Below are positions 1 through 11,748 of a DNA stretch of 64,000 nucleotides, piece by piece (positions within the stretch are counted from its first letter, which is position 1; every line of letters starts with the position of its first letter). The stretch is from assembly GCA_028699085.1 (NCBI GenBank), contig JAQVVF010000003.1, positions 25,721 through 89,720 of the forward strand, written 5' to 3'. The translations under genes were made by a program, and so were the position numbers. A model generated the notes under the pieces. That model was not told the DNA's origin. It was given only the letters and a program-made list of their open reading frames with translations, and did no database searches. The DNA comes from Patescibacteria group bacterium. Its GTDB lineage: Bacteria; Patescibacteriota; JABMPQ01; JAQVVF01.

Positions 1-1692
<1,692 letters not shown>

Positions 1693-1733
1693 TTATAAGT
1701 TTTAATTAATAAGTTACTCAAAATAATATTCAA

Positions 1734-2030
1734 TTATTTTTCAATTACCGCCAAAATATCATTAATACTGCCAACTAGATAATCTTCATCATCCATTTTA
1801 ATCTCATCCAACCCATACTTTTTATATAATACGCTATCGCCTACTTTAACGCCCATTTCTGATCTTTTGCCATTTGATAATAATTTTCCTTCTCCAACAG
1901 CAATTACTTCTGCAATTTCAGTTTTTTCTTTTACTGCTGTTTCTGGCAAGACAATTCCTGATTTGTTTTCTTCTTTTTCAACGACTGGTTTTAAAACCAC
2001 ATTGTCGCCTAATGGCTTGATTTTTGTCAT
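1734..2030 (-). CDS. groS: Co-chaperonin GroES (10 kDa)
   Basis: 98 aa. Starts MTKIKPLGDNVVLKPV and contains IVLPETAVKEK...GKVIAVGEG, the classic GroES mobile loop and fold. The gene order is groES-groEL. Confidence 0.95.
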   Translation of the reverse strand: MTKIKPLGDNVVLKPVVEKEENKSGIVLPETAVKEKTEIAEVIAVGEGKLLSNGKRSEMGVKVGDSVLYKKYGLDEIKMDDEDYLVGSINDILAVIEK

Positions 2031-2053
2031 AATTTTTTTATTAATTACTTATT

Positions 2054-2080
2054 CTAGCACTCGTATAGATTGAGTGCTAA
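2054..2080. promoter_or_regulatory. CIRCE operator (HrcA binding site) in the groES leader
   Basis: The sequence is CTAGCACTC-gtatagatt-GAGTGCTAA. This matches the consensus TTAGCACTC-N9-GAGTGCTAA at 17 of 18 positions and lies about 24 nt upstream of the groES start. Confidence 0.85.
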
Positions 2081-2083
2081 ATC

Positions 2084-2112
2084 ATCTTATAAAATCAAAA
2101 TTTTTCTGTCAA
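2084..2112 (-). promoter_or_regulatory. Sigma-70-like groES promoter. On the minus strand it reads TTGACA, a 17-nt spacer, then TAAGAT.
   Basis: The reverse complement of 2084-2112 reads TTGACAgaaaaattttgattttaTAAGAT, immediately upstream of CIRCE. Confidence 0.5.
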
Positions 2113-2262
2113 GAAAAAATATCCACATCTCATTAGTTTAGTCATTCTAAGAACAAAAGTCAATACTTATGCACTTCAATTTTACTTAATTTATGCTATA
2201 TTAAATTTGATACAACTAAATATTATTATTTAGTTATTTAATAATAAATTAACACAAAAAAT

Positions 2263-2859
2263 ATGACCGCATTAGAACAAGGACCAGAAATGCAACAAGA
2301 AACATTAGCTTCAGAAATCGAAGCAAGATTACAAGAATCTCCAGAAATATCACAAGATCGAAACAAAATCTTTGATGGCTTATCAAGAAACAAAGAAGTC
2401 GCTTTAGCTGGTTTGTTATTAACAATTGGAACTCTAGCAAGCAGCGAAGCTCAAGCAGAATTTTATTACCAACGTCCCGAAAACGTCAAACAAAGTGAAA
2501 CTGAAATATTGCAAAATTTTAAAGATGGTGATGAAAATACAGTTTATCGCTATGGACAAGAATTAGTAGATCTAACTGCAGAGAGAGCAAAACAAGGTGA
2601 AGAAACAGCTGAAGCTGGAGAAGCAGGCCGTGCTATTATCGAACAACTTTCCAGAATGATGATGTTTTGCAAAAAACACGGAGTAGAACTAAAAGATGTC
2701 TATGATGTCTCTAAAATAAATCCTGATTTTGTCAAAGAAGCTAGAGTAAAATATGTCCAAGCTGTTATGATAAGTGAAAAAGAAGGTCAAAAACCAGGTC
2801 AAGAAAAATTCGCAAAAACTACAGTAAAAAGCGAAACTCTAAAAAGAACTGGCCGTTAA
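2263..2859 (+). CDS. Hypothetical protein, 198 aa, acidic, no recognisable motif
   Basis: A long ORF transcribed divergently from groES. It is probably co-transcribed with the 95-aa ORF that follows it. Confidence 0.5.
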   Translation: MTALEQGPEMQQETLASEIEARLQESPEISQDRNKIFDGLSRNKEVALAGLLLTIGTLASSEAQAEFYYQRPENVKQSETEILQNFKDGDENTVYRYGQELVDLTAERAKQGEETAEAGEAGRAIIEQLSRMMMFCKKHGVELKDVYDVSKINPDFVKEARVKYVQAVMISEKEGQKPGQEKFAKTTVKSETLKRTGR

Positions 2860-2888
2860 TTTATTATTAATTAAATTTTAAAATAAAA

Positions 2889-3176
2889 ATGTTAGAACAA
2901 ACTAAAAATATATTGCAAAATTTGGGAATTACTAACAAAATCGCACCAGAAACGCGTGAAAAATTATTACCAAAAATTGGCGAACTTTTAGAAAAAAGAA
3001 TGCTTATTGCTTTAACATTAGCAATCCCAGAAGACAAAAAACAAGAAGCTCAAGACAAGATTTCTAAAAATGAACCAGGCTTAGTAGAATATTTACAGTC
3101 AATCGTTCCAGATTGTGATGAAATATTAAAAAGAACAATTGACAAATTCAAAGCAGAAATCGATCAAATGCTTTAA
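2889..3176 (+). CDS. Hypothetical small protein, 95 aa
   Basis: The ORF starts 30 nt after the previous gene and is followed by a strong intrinsic terminator. Confidence 0.4.
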   Translation: MLEQTKNILQNLGITNKIAPETREKLLPKIGELLEKRMLIALTLAIPEDKKQEAQDKISKNEPGLVEYLQSIVPDCDEILKRTIDKFKAEIDQML

Positions 3177-3194
3177 AAAATTTCAAGAATATAA

Positions 3195-3220
3195 AAACGA
3201 GATATCAAATCTCGTTTTTT
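3195..3220. terminator. Bidirectional rho-independent terminator (AAACGAGAT-atcaa-ATCTCGTTT, flanked by an A-tract and a T-tract)
   Basis: It forms a 9-bp perfect stem with a T8 run downstream and an A5 run upstream. It lies between the converging genes 2889..3176 (+) and 3286..4731 (-). Confidence 0.65.
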
Positions 3221-3285
3221 TTATTCGTGTAATCCCTGCCTGCCGAGAGGCAGGAGTGCCTCATAGGCATTTGTGAGATTAGTAT

Positions 3286-4731
3286 TTACCGGATTGTTAT
3301 TGCAAAATAATTTTTTGTTTTTTTAAAATATGTATATGATGCAATAAATTTTTTATTCTTTTTTTTGTAAACCACATTATTCATGCTTTCCCACTTCTTA
3401 GATTTTCCTTTTCTAAAAACTAATTTTAGTTTTCTTTTTTTGTATTGAAAAGTTTTTGTTCTATCGAGAAGTCTAACTTCGCTATTCTTAAATTTAAATT
3501 TTAATTTTAATTTAAAGCCTGATCTAAGATTTGTAGTCAATTTCCAATAATAAGGAAAAGTATTTTTTGATAAAAGATTTACAGGCTTTTTGCTAACTTT
3601 TTTTACTTTAATATAGTATTTGCTAGCACTATCCGGCAATTGCTGAAAAATTATGACTACATCTTTACCAATAATTGGCTGATTTTTATCGCTATCATCT
3701 AATTTTTTCTTATCGATATCTTGATTTTCTTTTTTATCTAAACCAATTTGCTGATCACCAGTTGTTCTAAAAACTCCATTATTAGTTGCCACTAATAATG
3801 AATTATTAGATGTAAAAAGTAAATTATAGGCCCAAGATACGCCATTCAAAATAGCTGTTTTTGACCATAATTGACCAGAATTAACAGTTTTAAAAATATC
3901 ACCGCTACTTGCAGTTGCACTAAATACTGAACCCAAAGGAAGTTGAAGCAAATGTTCAACTATCCAAGCATCTGACAAGTTTCCAGTTATTCCCCAAATA
4001 TGGCCATCATCAACAGACTTATATACTCTGCCAACCGTATCACCACGCGCTCCAGCATACAAAACTCCTGCCGCAGTTTCTAACAAACTATCAACATAAG
4101 AAGCACCAGTCAATGTTCCAGTTGCCGTCCAATTCTTGCCTAAATCAACAGATTTAAAAACTTTGCCATTTGGGAATGTCCCCGCATATAAGGCACCACT
4201 CGAAGCTTGAATAATTGTGTAAACATTTTCTGCACCTGCTAAATTTCCTGTATCTTGCCAATTTAAACCAGCATCTTCTGATTTATAAATATTTCCATCA
4301 TGATCAGTTGCTGCAAAAATTGAACCATCACTCGTTTGAATAATTCTATATACATTTGACCCACCAACAAATGTCTTTAATTTTGTCCAAGTTACTCCAT
4401 TATCCGCAGATTTAAACAAATCACTATTCGGAGAGGTACCAGCATATATAAAACCTTCTGAATCTACCATTAAAGAATGAACGCCAGTAGCATTTAATAA
4501 ATCACCTGTATTCGTCCATGTTAATCCATCATCAACTGATTTGAACACATCGCCATCTGGATACGTTCCTGCATATATTGCCCCATCTATTCCTTGAGCT
4601 AAACAGTAAACTGTAGTTGCTCCATCTAAATCCCCTGTTTTTGTCCATGTATCTCCCAAATTTGCAGCAAAACAAAAACCTCCCAAAAATAATCCAACAA
4701 TCAAAACAAAACCACCAATTATTTTTTTCAT
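3286..4731 (-). CDS. Secreted BNR/Asp-box repeat protein with a C-terminal lysine-rich module (family member A)
   Basis: The signal peptide is MKKIIGGFVLIVGLFLGGFCFAA. It carries at least six S-x-D-x-G-x-(T/N)-W Asp-box repeats (SVDDGLTWT, SADNGVTWT, SEDAGLNWQ, SVDLGKNWT, SVDDGHIWG, TVNSGQLWS), each followed by an xYAGT motif. The C-terminal tail contains LPDSASKYYIKVKKVSKKPVNLLSKNTFPYYWKLTTNL...KLKFKFK. Confidence 0.7.
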   Translation of the reverse strand: MKKIIGGFVLIVGLFLGGFCFAANLGDTWTKTGDLDGATTVYCLAQGIDGAIYAGTYPDGDVFKSVDDGLTWTNTGDLLNATGVHSLMVDSEGFIYAGTSPNSDLFKSADNGVTWTKLKTFVGGSNVYRIIQTSDGSIFAATDHDGNIYKSEDAGLNWQDTGNLAGAENVYTIIQASSGALYAGTFPNGKVFKSVDLGKNWTATGTLTGASYVDSLLETAAGVLYAGARGDTVGRVYKSVDDGHIWGITGNLSDAWIVEHLLQLPLGSVFSATASSGDIFKTVNSGQLWSKTAILNGVSWAYNLLFTSNNSLLVATNNGVFRTTGDQQIGLDKKENQDIDKKKLDDSDKNQPIIGKDVVIIFQQLPDSASKYYIKVKKVSKKPVNLLSKNTFPYYWKLTTNLRSGFKLKLKFKFKNSEVRLLDRTKTFQYKKRKLKLVFRKGKSKKWESMNNVVYKKKNKKFIASYTYFKKTKNYFAITIR

Positions 4732-4743
4732 ATTTTATTTTTA

Positions 4744-5232
4744 TTATTTAACTTTTGCAAATAAAATTGCATCAACATTTTTTCCTTGATTTATAATTCT
4801 TTTTTTCAGAACACCTTCTTTTTCATAACCACATTTTTTTGCTACTCTCTGACTTTGTTCGTTTTTAACATCTGTCAAAATTTCTATTCTCTTCAAATCT
4901 AATTCTTTAAAAGCAATCTCCTCAACCAATCTTACAGCTTCACAAGTTATCCCCTTACCCCAATATTTTTCATCTAAAAAATAACCAATTTCGCCAACAA
5001 ATTTACAATGCTGATTAATCTTTATTCCGATACCACCTACTACTTTATTATCATAAAGAATCGTATAATTATGCTCATAATTGTTTTTCACTTTTTTCTG
5101 TACTTCTTTTAACCACTTAATCTCTTCATTAAGCGTTGGTTTAGCATTAAAATAAATAAAATTTGGATTATTTAAAATTTCACAAAACCTTTCTGCATCA
5201 GATAATTTCTGATACCTCAATTTTATTTTCAT
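4744..5232 (-). CDS. GNAT family N-acetyltransferase (RimJ/RimL-like)
   Basis: 162 aa containing ...VVGGIGIK...GEIGYFLDEKYWGKGITCEAV...LKRIEILTDVKNEQSQRVAKKCGYEKEG, the typical GNAT acetyl-CoA binding motifs. Confidence 0.75.
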   Translation of the reverse strand: MKIKLRYQKLSDAERFCEILNNPNFIYFNAKPTLNEEIKWLKEVQKKVKNNYEHNYTILYDNKVVGGIGIKINQHCKFVGEIGYFLDEKYWGKGITCEAVRLVEEIAFKELDLKRIEILTDVKNEQSQRVAKKCGYEKEGVLKKRIINQGKNVDAILFAKVK

Positions 5233-5236
5233 AATA

Positions 5237-6175
5237 TTAGCTAACTCCTATAACTTTATTTAAATTAATTTCAAATTTTTCTCTAAATTCATTTCGCCTA
5301 TCAACTTCATGAAACTTCAACATTTTATCAGAAATAATAACATCAAGTCCCTTGCCTCGCATCTTCCCTATTTGTATTTTTTTAAATATTTTTTCAAAAC
5401 TATTTCCTAATTTACCACTTAATATTCTTTCACAAATAATCCTTAGCCAATCTAAAAACAATATTTTTTTAATTTTTCTTTCATAACCAACAGGCAGATA
5501 AGACAAAGCATTGGGCACAGAATCTTTAGTCCAACTATTTTCTAACATAAACTTTGTGTATATTCCTCGATCTAATAATGGCGCTGTCAAAAGAATCCAA
5601 TTGTTTAAATAGATATCATAAGGTTTTTTAGAAATCTTTTTCAAATTCAAATTATCGTCTGTTACAAAAAAAGATAAACATAATTTTCCAGAAATTCTAT
5701 CTTTATGCCTCCATTGCCCCAACAAACTAACCAAGCTAGTCACTAAAAATCTAGTTATCCACATACGGCCTGATTTTACCACTATAAAAACATCAATATC
5801 TGATTCTGGCTTGATGTTATTAATTAACAAATTGTTACAGCCAGCAATCATTTTTATAAAAGGAATAACCTGCAAAATAGTTGTAATTCTTTGTAACTTT
5901 TTCCATCTTTTCTGCGCCAACAGATATCTTTGTCTTCTTGTCTCAACGATATCTTTTCTGCCTTTCAAAAAATAAAAACCGTTCTTCTGCTGCAAAGATT
6001 TTTTTAAAATATTAGAACTTACCAAAATATTATGTACATCCGAAACTTTATTTTTCATATTTCCCATATCACATTTCCCATATCCAAATTTAAAAATCTC
6101 CCAGCTTGTCAGTGGATATTCAAAAATATCATAATAAGAAACAGCCGCTAAAACAGCTTTTTCTAGATTCTTCAT
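5237..6175 (-). CDS. Hypothetical protein with a minimal nucleotidyltransferase-like motif
   Basis: 312 aa. The segment GCNNLLINNIKPESDIDVFIV fits the Pol-beta superfamily pattern G[SC]-x(n)-[DE]-h-[DE]-h. No further assignment is possible. Confidence 0.4.
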   Translation of the reverse strand: MKNLEKAVLAAVSYYDIFEYPLTSWEIFKFGYGKCDMGNMKNKVSDVHNILVSSNILKKSLQQKNGFYFLKGRKDIVETRRQRYLLAQKRWKKLQRITTILQVIPFIKMIAGCNNLLINNIKPESDIDVFIVVKSGRMWITRFLVTSLVSLLGQWRHKDRISGKLCLSFFVTDDNLNLKKISKKPYDIYLNNWILLTAPLLDRGIYTKFMLENSWTKDSVPNALSYLPVGYERKIKKILFLDWLRIICERILSGKLGNSFEKIFKKIQIGKMRGKGLDVIISDKMLKFHEVDRRNEFREKFEINLNKVIGVS

Positions 6176-6208
6176 TGAATTTTATAATTTTATTTTGCGA
6201 TCACCAAA

Positions 6209-7987
6209 CTATTTTTTCTTCAAAAAATCAAAAAGTTTATCTACGGAATAAGTATTGATAATATCTTTCTTTTCCGCCCAACCACGCCTTGATGTTAAAA
6301 TTCCAAAATCCAAAACATCAAGCTGATCAACACTATGCGAATCTAAACCTATTGCCAATTTTACACCATGCTCAATGGCACTTTTTATATTTATATCATT
6401 CAAATCCAAACGATCAGGGAAAGCATTAATTTCCAAACAAGTTTTTGTTTCCTTTGCTATTTTTATCACTTGTTCGACATCCAATTCATATTCATCTCTT
6501 CTCCCTAACAATTTGCCAGTTGGATGACTAATTATATCAATATGCTTATTTTTCATTGCTTTGCATAATCTTTCTGTCATTTCTTTCTTTGACATTTTAA
6601 AAACAGAATGAATGCCAGCCACAACAACATCAAGTTTGGCTAGAATATTATCTGGCACATCAATCGTCCCATCTCGCAAAATATTTGCCTCCACACCAGA
6701 CAAAATTCTAAAATCAGATATTTTTTTATTTAAGCTTTCAATATATTTTATATAATCTAAAATATCTTTACCTTCCATTTTTGCAGCAATTTTTAAACTT
6801 CCAACATGATCGCCCATCACTAAATATTTTAAGCCCATTTTCTGACATTTTTTCACCAAGTCAGAAATACTGCCTACAGCATCTAAACTAAAATCGCTAT
6901 GAACATGAAAAACTCCCAAAATATCTTTTCTATCGACGAGCTTAGGCAATTTATGGCTTAATGAAGCCTCAATCTCACCACGGTCTTCACGAAGTTCAGG
7001 CTCAATATAATCCATTCCAAATTTTTGATAAATTTCTTTTTCAGTTTCACCAGCAATTTTAGTTTTTGTTTCGTTACTTTTTACTTTTAACTTGTCACTT
7101 TTAACTTTTAAATTTTGACTTTTTACTTTATACAAACCATACTCATTCAAAGACAAGCCCTTAGCCATGGCCATTTTCCGCAATTTTATATTATGCAATT
7201 TCGATCCAGTAAAATATAAAAGTCCAGCACCATAACTTTCTTTTTTAAAAACTCGCAAGTCACAATCAAATCCTGATTTTAATCTAACCAATGCCTTATC
7301 AGCACCTCTTGCATAAATTTTTTCAACTTGACGTAAACTGCAAAAAGCATCAATTAATTTTTTTGAATTATTCGATACTGCCAGCAAATCAATATCACCT
7401 ATTGTCTCCTTACCTCGTCTAATTGATCCTACTAACTCAATATTTTTATCGTTTGTAAAATTAATCAAATCTTGTTTTATATCTAAAGCTTCCGGCAAGA
7501 TATAACCCAATAATTTTCGACCTTTATTCTTTTCTAAAAATTTAATGCCCGACAAAATATTTTCTTCAGTCTTTTCACCCATGCCTTTAAGTTTACTAAT
7601 TTTTCCTTTTTCTGCTGCCTCTTCTAATTGCTTCACGGTCTTTATGCCTAATTTTTCATAAACTTTTTTAACTAATTTTGGACCTACTCCTTCAATTACA
7701 GTCATTTCTTCTACTTTAGCTGGCATTTTTTTCTTCATTTTTTTGTACTCTTTAATTCTGCCAGTCTTAATTATCTCTTCAATTTTCAAAGCCATAGATT
7801 CTCCAATTCCAGAAATTTCATTCAAAGCTTTTAATCCACCTTCCTTATAAATATCTTTAACATCACGATTCAAAGAACGTAAAGAAATAGCTGCTTTTTG
7901 ATAAGCTCTTGGTTTAAATTGAATATTTTCCATTGCATACATATCAGCTATTTCATCAAAAATATCGGCAATTTTTTCATTTAACAT
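6209..7987 (-). CDS. polX: DNA polymerase X family protein with a C-terminal PHP (histidinol-phosphatase) domain
   Basis: The N-terminus has helix-hairpin-helix motifs and a Pol-beta palm (GSIRRGKETIGDIDLL...GLLYFTGS). The C-terminus has PHP motifs (FHVHSDFSLD...GDHVGS...IISHP). This matches the bacterial PolX architecture. Confidence 0.85.
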   Translation of the reverse strand: MLNEKIADIFDEIADMYAMENIQFKPRAYQKAAISLRSLNRDVKDIYKEGGLKALNEISGIGESMALKIEEIIKTGRIKEYKKMKKKMPAKVEEMTVIEGVGPKLVKKVYEKLGIKTVKQLEEAAEKGKISKLKGMGEKTEENILSGIKFLEKNKGRKLLGYILPEALDIKQDLINFTNDKNIELVGSIRRGKETIGDIDLLAVSNNSKKLIDAFCSLRQVEKIYARGADKALVRLKSGFDCDLRVFKKESYGAGLLYFTGSKLHNIKLRKMAMAKGLSLNEYGLYKVKSQNLKVKSDKLKVKSNETKTKIAGETEKEIYQKFGMDYIEPELREDRGEIEASLSHKLPKLVDRKDILGVFHVHSDFSLDAVGSISDLVKKCQKMGLKYLVMGDHVGSLKIAAKMEGKDILDYIKYIESLNKKISDFRILSGVEANILRDGTIDVPDNILAKLDVVVAGIHSVFKMSKKEMTERLCKAMKNKHIDIISHPTGKLLGRRDEYELDVEQVIKIAKETKTCLEINAFPDRLDLNDINIKSAIEHGVKLAIGLDSHSVDQLDVLDFGILTSRRGWAEKKDIINTYSVDKLFDFLKKK

Positions 7988-8103
7988 TTTAATAAAATTA
8001 TCTTATATCTATTTATTTTACCAAATTTTATTGTAAAAACCAAACTAAAATGCTAATCTAACTTAACAGTTTTCTGCCTCAAAATCAGAAAAAGGAGGTC
8101 AAA

Positions 8104-8673
8104 ATGGCAGGCAAAATGACACGCGCTAACAAAATTACAACAATGCGAATGGTCACCTGCCCTATCGTTTTCTTCTCTATTATGTATTTCTGGCCAAACA
8201 ACACAGTCGCCATGTTAATTGCATTAATTGTGATGGTTCTCTCTGAATCTCTCGACATCTTAGACGGATACGTTGCCAGAAAATATAATGAAGTGAGTCA
8301 AATTGGTAAACTTCTTGATCCGCTTAGTGATTGTTTTTGGCACGGAACTGTTTATTTCTGCTTGATCCAACATAATCTTGCAAATCCCTGGTTGCTCTTT
8401 TTAATGGTTAGTCGAGAAATTGCAGTCATGTGTATTCGCTACAAATCTTTGATTACCGGTACTGTACTTTCAGCCAGATTTTCTGGGAAACTAAAATGTC
8501 ATGCAATCGCTTGGTATGGAGCATTGATTATGTTTTTCTATCTATTCAAACTCTACAACGTTTTCGACATCATTCCTTATTTCATTCATGTACAATGGCT
8601 AGTTGCTGCAATAATTATCTATTCTCTTTACGATTACTACCAGTCCAACAAAAAAATTGTCCTTTCAGACTAA
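8104..8673 (+). CDS. pgsA: CDP-alcohol phosphatidyltransferase (probable CDP-diacylglycerol--glycerol-3-phosphate 3-phosphatidyltransferase)
   Basis: The motif DGYVARKYNEVSQIGKLLDPLSD matches D-G-x2-A-R-x8-G-x3-D-x3-D. The protein has several TM segments and a strong Shine-Dalgarno sequence (aaaaaGGAGGtcaaaATG). Confidence 0.8.
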   Translation: MAGKMTRANKITTMRMVTCPIVFFSIMYFWPNNTVAMLIALIVMVLSESLDILDGYVARKYNEVSQIGKLLDPLSDCFWHGTVYFCLIQHNLANPWLLFLMVSREIAVMCIRYKSLITGTVLSARFSGKLKCHAIAWYGALIMFFYLFKLYNVFDIIPYFIHVQWLVAAIIIYSLYDYYQSNKKIVLSD

Positions 8674-8702
8674 AGACCAACTCAAGGTCTTTTTTTTATT
8701 CA
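8674..8702 (+). terminator. Intrinsic terminator after pgsA (AAGACC-aactca-AGGTCTTTTTTTT)
   Basis: A hairpin followed by a T8 run, immediately after the pgsA stop codon. Confidence 0.6.
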
Positions 8703-8773
8703 ACAAAAAAATCACAAATCTATTACAATTTGTGATTTTAAATTTGTCTATTATATAAAAATATAAAATTATT

Positions 8774-11617
8774 TTAATAAAGAATTTTTTTAAGATATTG
8801 TCCAGTATAGCTTCTCTTTATTTTAACTACATCCCTTGGCGTTCCAGCAACCACAACCTCTCCACCCTTATCTCCACCTTCTGGACCAAGATCAACAATC
8901 CAATCCGCGCATTTTATAACATCCAAATTATGTTCAATAACTAAAACTGTGTTTTTTTTATCAACTAATCTATTCAAAACTTTCAATAATCTATTAACAT
9001 CTTCAAAATGAAGTCCAGTTGTTGGCTCATCTAAAATGTATAATGTTTTACCAGTTGCTCTTCTAGACAATTCAGTCGCTAATTTAATTCTTTGGGCTTC
9101 TCCACCAGACAATGTTGTCGCTGATTGACCTAGTTGCAGATATCCTAATCCGACATCCTGCAAAATTTCTAGTTTTTGTTTCAAAGCTGGAACATGTCTA
9201 AAAAACATCATTGCTTCATCGATTGTCAAACTCAAAACTTCAGAAATATTTTTTCCTTTATAATGTATTTCTAATGCCTGTTTATTATATCTCTGACCTT
9301 TGCATTCTTCACATTCTACATAAACATCTGGCAAAAAATGCATTTCGATTTTCACTAAACCGTCTCCTTGGCATGCCTCGCATCTTCCGCCTTTTACATT
9401 AAAACTAAATCTGCCTGCTTTATAGCCTCTCATCCTTGCTTCTGGTGTTTCGGCAAAAAGATCTCTAATATATGTGAATACTCCAGTATACGTTGCTGGA
9501 TTTGATCTTGGAGTTCTGCCAATCGGAGATTGATCAATTCTTATTACCTTATCAATATTCTCGATTCCTTCTATTTTTTTATAATCTCCAGGTAAATCTT
9601 TAGCGCCATAAAATTTATTTGCCAACGCTTTACCCAAAATTTCGTCCATCAAAGTTGATTTTCCAGAGCCAGATACTCCAGTAATACAAACAAATTTACC
9701 TAATGGAATTGATACATTGATATTTTTTAAATTAAATTCAGATGCACCAATTATTTTTAATTCCTTACCATTGCCTTTGCGATATTTTTTTGGAGCTTCA
9801 ATTTTTCTTTTTCCAGATAAATATAATCCTGTTAATGATTTTTTATCTTGCTTAATTTTCAAAGGCGACCCAGAAAAAATTAATTCACCTCCATGTTTTC
9901 CCGCACCAGGTCCAATATCAATCACGTAATCGGATTCCAAAATTGTCTGCTCATCATGCTCAACAACAATTACCGTATTTCCCATATCTCTAAGACTTTT
10001 TAAAGTTTGAATCAGTCGATCATTATCCCGAGCATGCAATCCGATTGATGGTTCATCTAAAATATAAACTACTCCGACCAAGCCAGAACCTATCTGCGTT
10101 GCCAATCTAATTCTTTGCGCTTCACCACCAGATAACGTATGAGCAGCCCGATCTAAAGTAATATATTCCAAACCAACATTCTGTAAAAATTTTAAACGAT
10201 CTCCGATTTCTTTTATAATTTGTTCAGCTATTTTCAAATCTTTTGTACTCAAAATATTTTTATCATTAGCTAATTCCTCAAACCATGGCACTAATTTATC
10301 AACAGTCATTTCTGTAACATCAGATATCGATTTTTCATTAACTTTAACAGCTAAAACTTCCGGCCTTAATCTTTTTCCATGGCATCTTGGACATACTTGT
10401 ATTCTCATATATCTTTCAATTTCAGATCTAATATAATCAGAATTAGTTTCCTTATATCTTCTTTCTAAATTTGGAACGACACCTTCAAAAGTTGTTTTAA
10501 TACTTTTCATTCCATCGCTAACTTCTATTAATTTACTACCTGTACCATATAATACTTTTTCTAAATCTTTTTCCGAAAGATCTTTAACAGGAGTATCTAA
10601 AGAAAAATCGTAAGAATCAGCCAATGCCTCCAAAATTCTAGAAAACCAAGTTTGTCTCATAGAAACTGAGGAAGACCATGGCCTAATTGCACCTTGAGCT
10701 AAAGTTAATTTTTTATTTGGAATAACTAAATTTTCATAAACTTCAAGCTTTGTTCCTAATCCTGTGCATTCTTTACAAGCGCCATGAGGCGAATTAAAAG
10801 AAAAATTTCTTGGTTCTAAATCTCGCAAATTAATTCCACATTTTGGACAAGCAAAAAGCTGGCTAAAAAGAATATCTTTTTTTTCATCAGCTAAGTTAGC
10901 AATCACAATGCCATTTCCTAAATCTAAAGCAGTTTCTAAAGAATCAGCGACCCTAATCTTATCACCACTATTTCCAGTTATTTCAATTCTATCTACAACC
11001 ACTTCAACATTATGTCTTTTATTCTTATCTACATCCATATCTAATGCTTCTTCCATCGAATATATTTGACCATCAAACCTGACTCTAACATAACCAGCTC
11101 TTAAAATTTCTTGTAAAACATGCTGATGCTCGCCTTTTTTATCTGAAATTATTGGCGCTAATAAATTAATTTTGGTTCCTTTTTTTAATTTTATAATTTG
11201 ATCCAAAATCTGATTAATTGTCTGTTTTGTAACTAATCTTCCACATTTTGGACAATGAGGTTTTCCAATTCTGGCATACAACAATCTTAAATAATCATAA
11301 ATTTCAGTAATTGTTCCAACTGTAGATCTTGGATTTTTAGAAACAGTTTTTTGATCAATCGAAATTGCTGGACTCATTCCATCAATTCTTTCAACATCTG
11401 GCTTGTCCATCATTCCCAAAAACTGCCGAGCATAAGCAGACAAACTTTCAACGTATCTTCTTTGTCCTTCAGCATAAATTGTATCAAAAGCCAAAGACGA
11501 TTTTCCTGATCCAGAAATTCCAGTAATTACAACCATTTTATCTCTTGGAATCTCTACATCAATATTTTTTAAATTATGAACTTTTGCCCCTTTTATTACG
11601 ATTTTTTCGTTCTTCAT
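8774..11617 (-). CDS. uvrA: Excinuclease ABC subunit A
   Basis: 947 aa. It has two ABC ATPase modules ([19 protein letters not shown] and the LSGGE signature twice) and zinc-finger cysteines. This is the canonical UvrA architecture. Confidence 0.95.
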   Translation of the reverse strand: MKNEKIVIKGAKVHNLKNIDVEIPRDKMVVITGISGSGKSSLAFDTIYAEGQRRYVESLSAYARQFLGMMDKPDVERIDGMSPAISIDQKTVSKNPRSTVGTITEIYDYLRLLYARIGKPHCPKCGRLVTKQTINQILDQIIKLKKGTKINLLAPIISDKKGEHQHVLQEILRAGYVRVRFDGQIYSMEEALDMDVDKNKRHNVEVVVDRIEITGNSGDKIRVADSLETALDLGNGIVIANLADEKKDILFSQLFACPKCGINLRDLEPRNFSFNSPHGACKECTGLGTKLEVYENLVIPNKKLTLAQGAIRPWSSSVSMRQTWFSRILEALADSYDFSLDTPVKDLSEKDLEKVLYGTGSKLIEVSDGMKSIKTTFEGVVPNLERRYKETNSDYIRSEIERYMRIQVCPRCHGKRLRPEVLAVKVNEKSISDVTEMTVDKLVPWFEELANDKNILSTKDLKIAEQIIKEIGDRLKFLQNVGLEYITLDRAAHTLSGGEAQRIRLATQIGSGLVGVVYILDEPSIGLHARDNDRLIQTLKSLRDMGNTVIVVEHDEQTILESDYVIDIGPGAGKHGGELIFSGSPLKIKQDKKSLTGLYLSGKRKIEAPKKYRKGNGKELKIIGASEFNLKNINVSIPLGKFVCITGVSGSGKSTLMDEILGKALANKFYGAKDLPGDYKKIEGIENIDKVIRIDQSPIGRTPRSNPATYTGVFTYIRDLFAETPEARMRGYKAGRFSFNVKGGRCEACQGDGLVKIEMHFLPDVYVECEECKGQRYNKQALEIHYKGKNISEVLSLTIDEAMMFFRHVPALKQKLEILQDVGLGYLQLGQSATTLSGGEAQRIKLATELSRRATGKTLYILDEPTTGLHFEDVNRLLKVLNRLVDKKNTVLVIEHNLDVIKCADWIVDLGPEGGDKGGEVVVAGTPRDVVKIKRSYTGQYLKKILY

Positions 11618-11748
11618 AAAATAATTATTTTATTATCTATAAACAGTTAATGATAAGTATAACCAATTATTTTAATACTTGCAAGCTTAACAATTACAAA
11701 AAAGGCTTGTCTTTACGACAAGCCTCAATCAAATTATTTAATTAATAT

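Noticed and set aside
8430-8735. 101-aa plus-strand ORF overlapping the 3' half of pgsA in another frame
   Set aside because: It overlaps a well-supported CDP-alcohol phosphatidyltransferase gene and has no RBS and no motif. It is treated as a frame shadow. The same judgement applies to the many 60-140-aa antisense ORFs inside uvrA, rpoB, rpoC, ftsK, recA and the other long genes.
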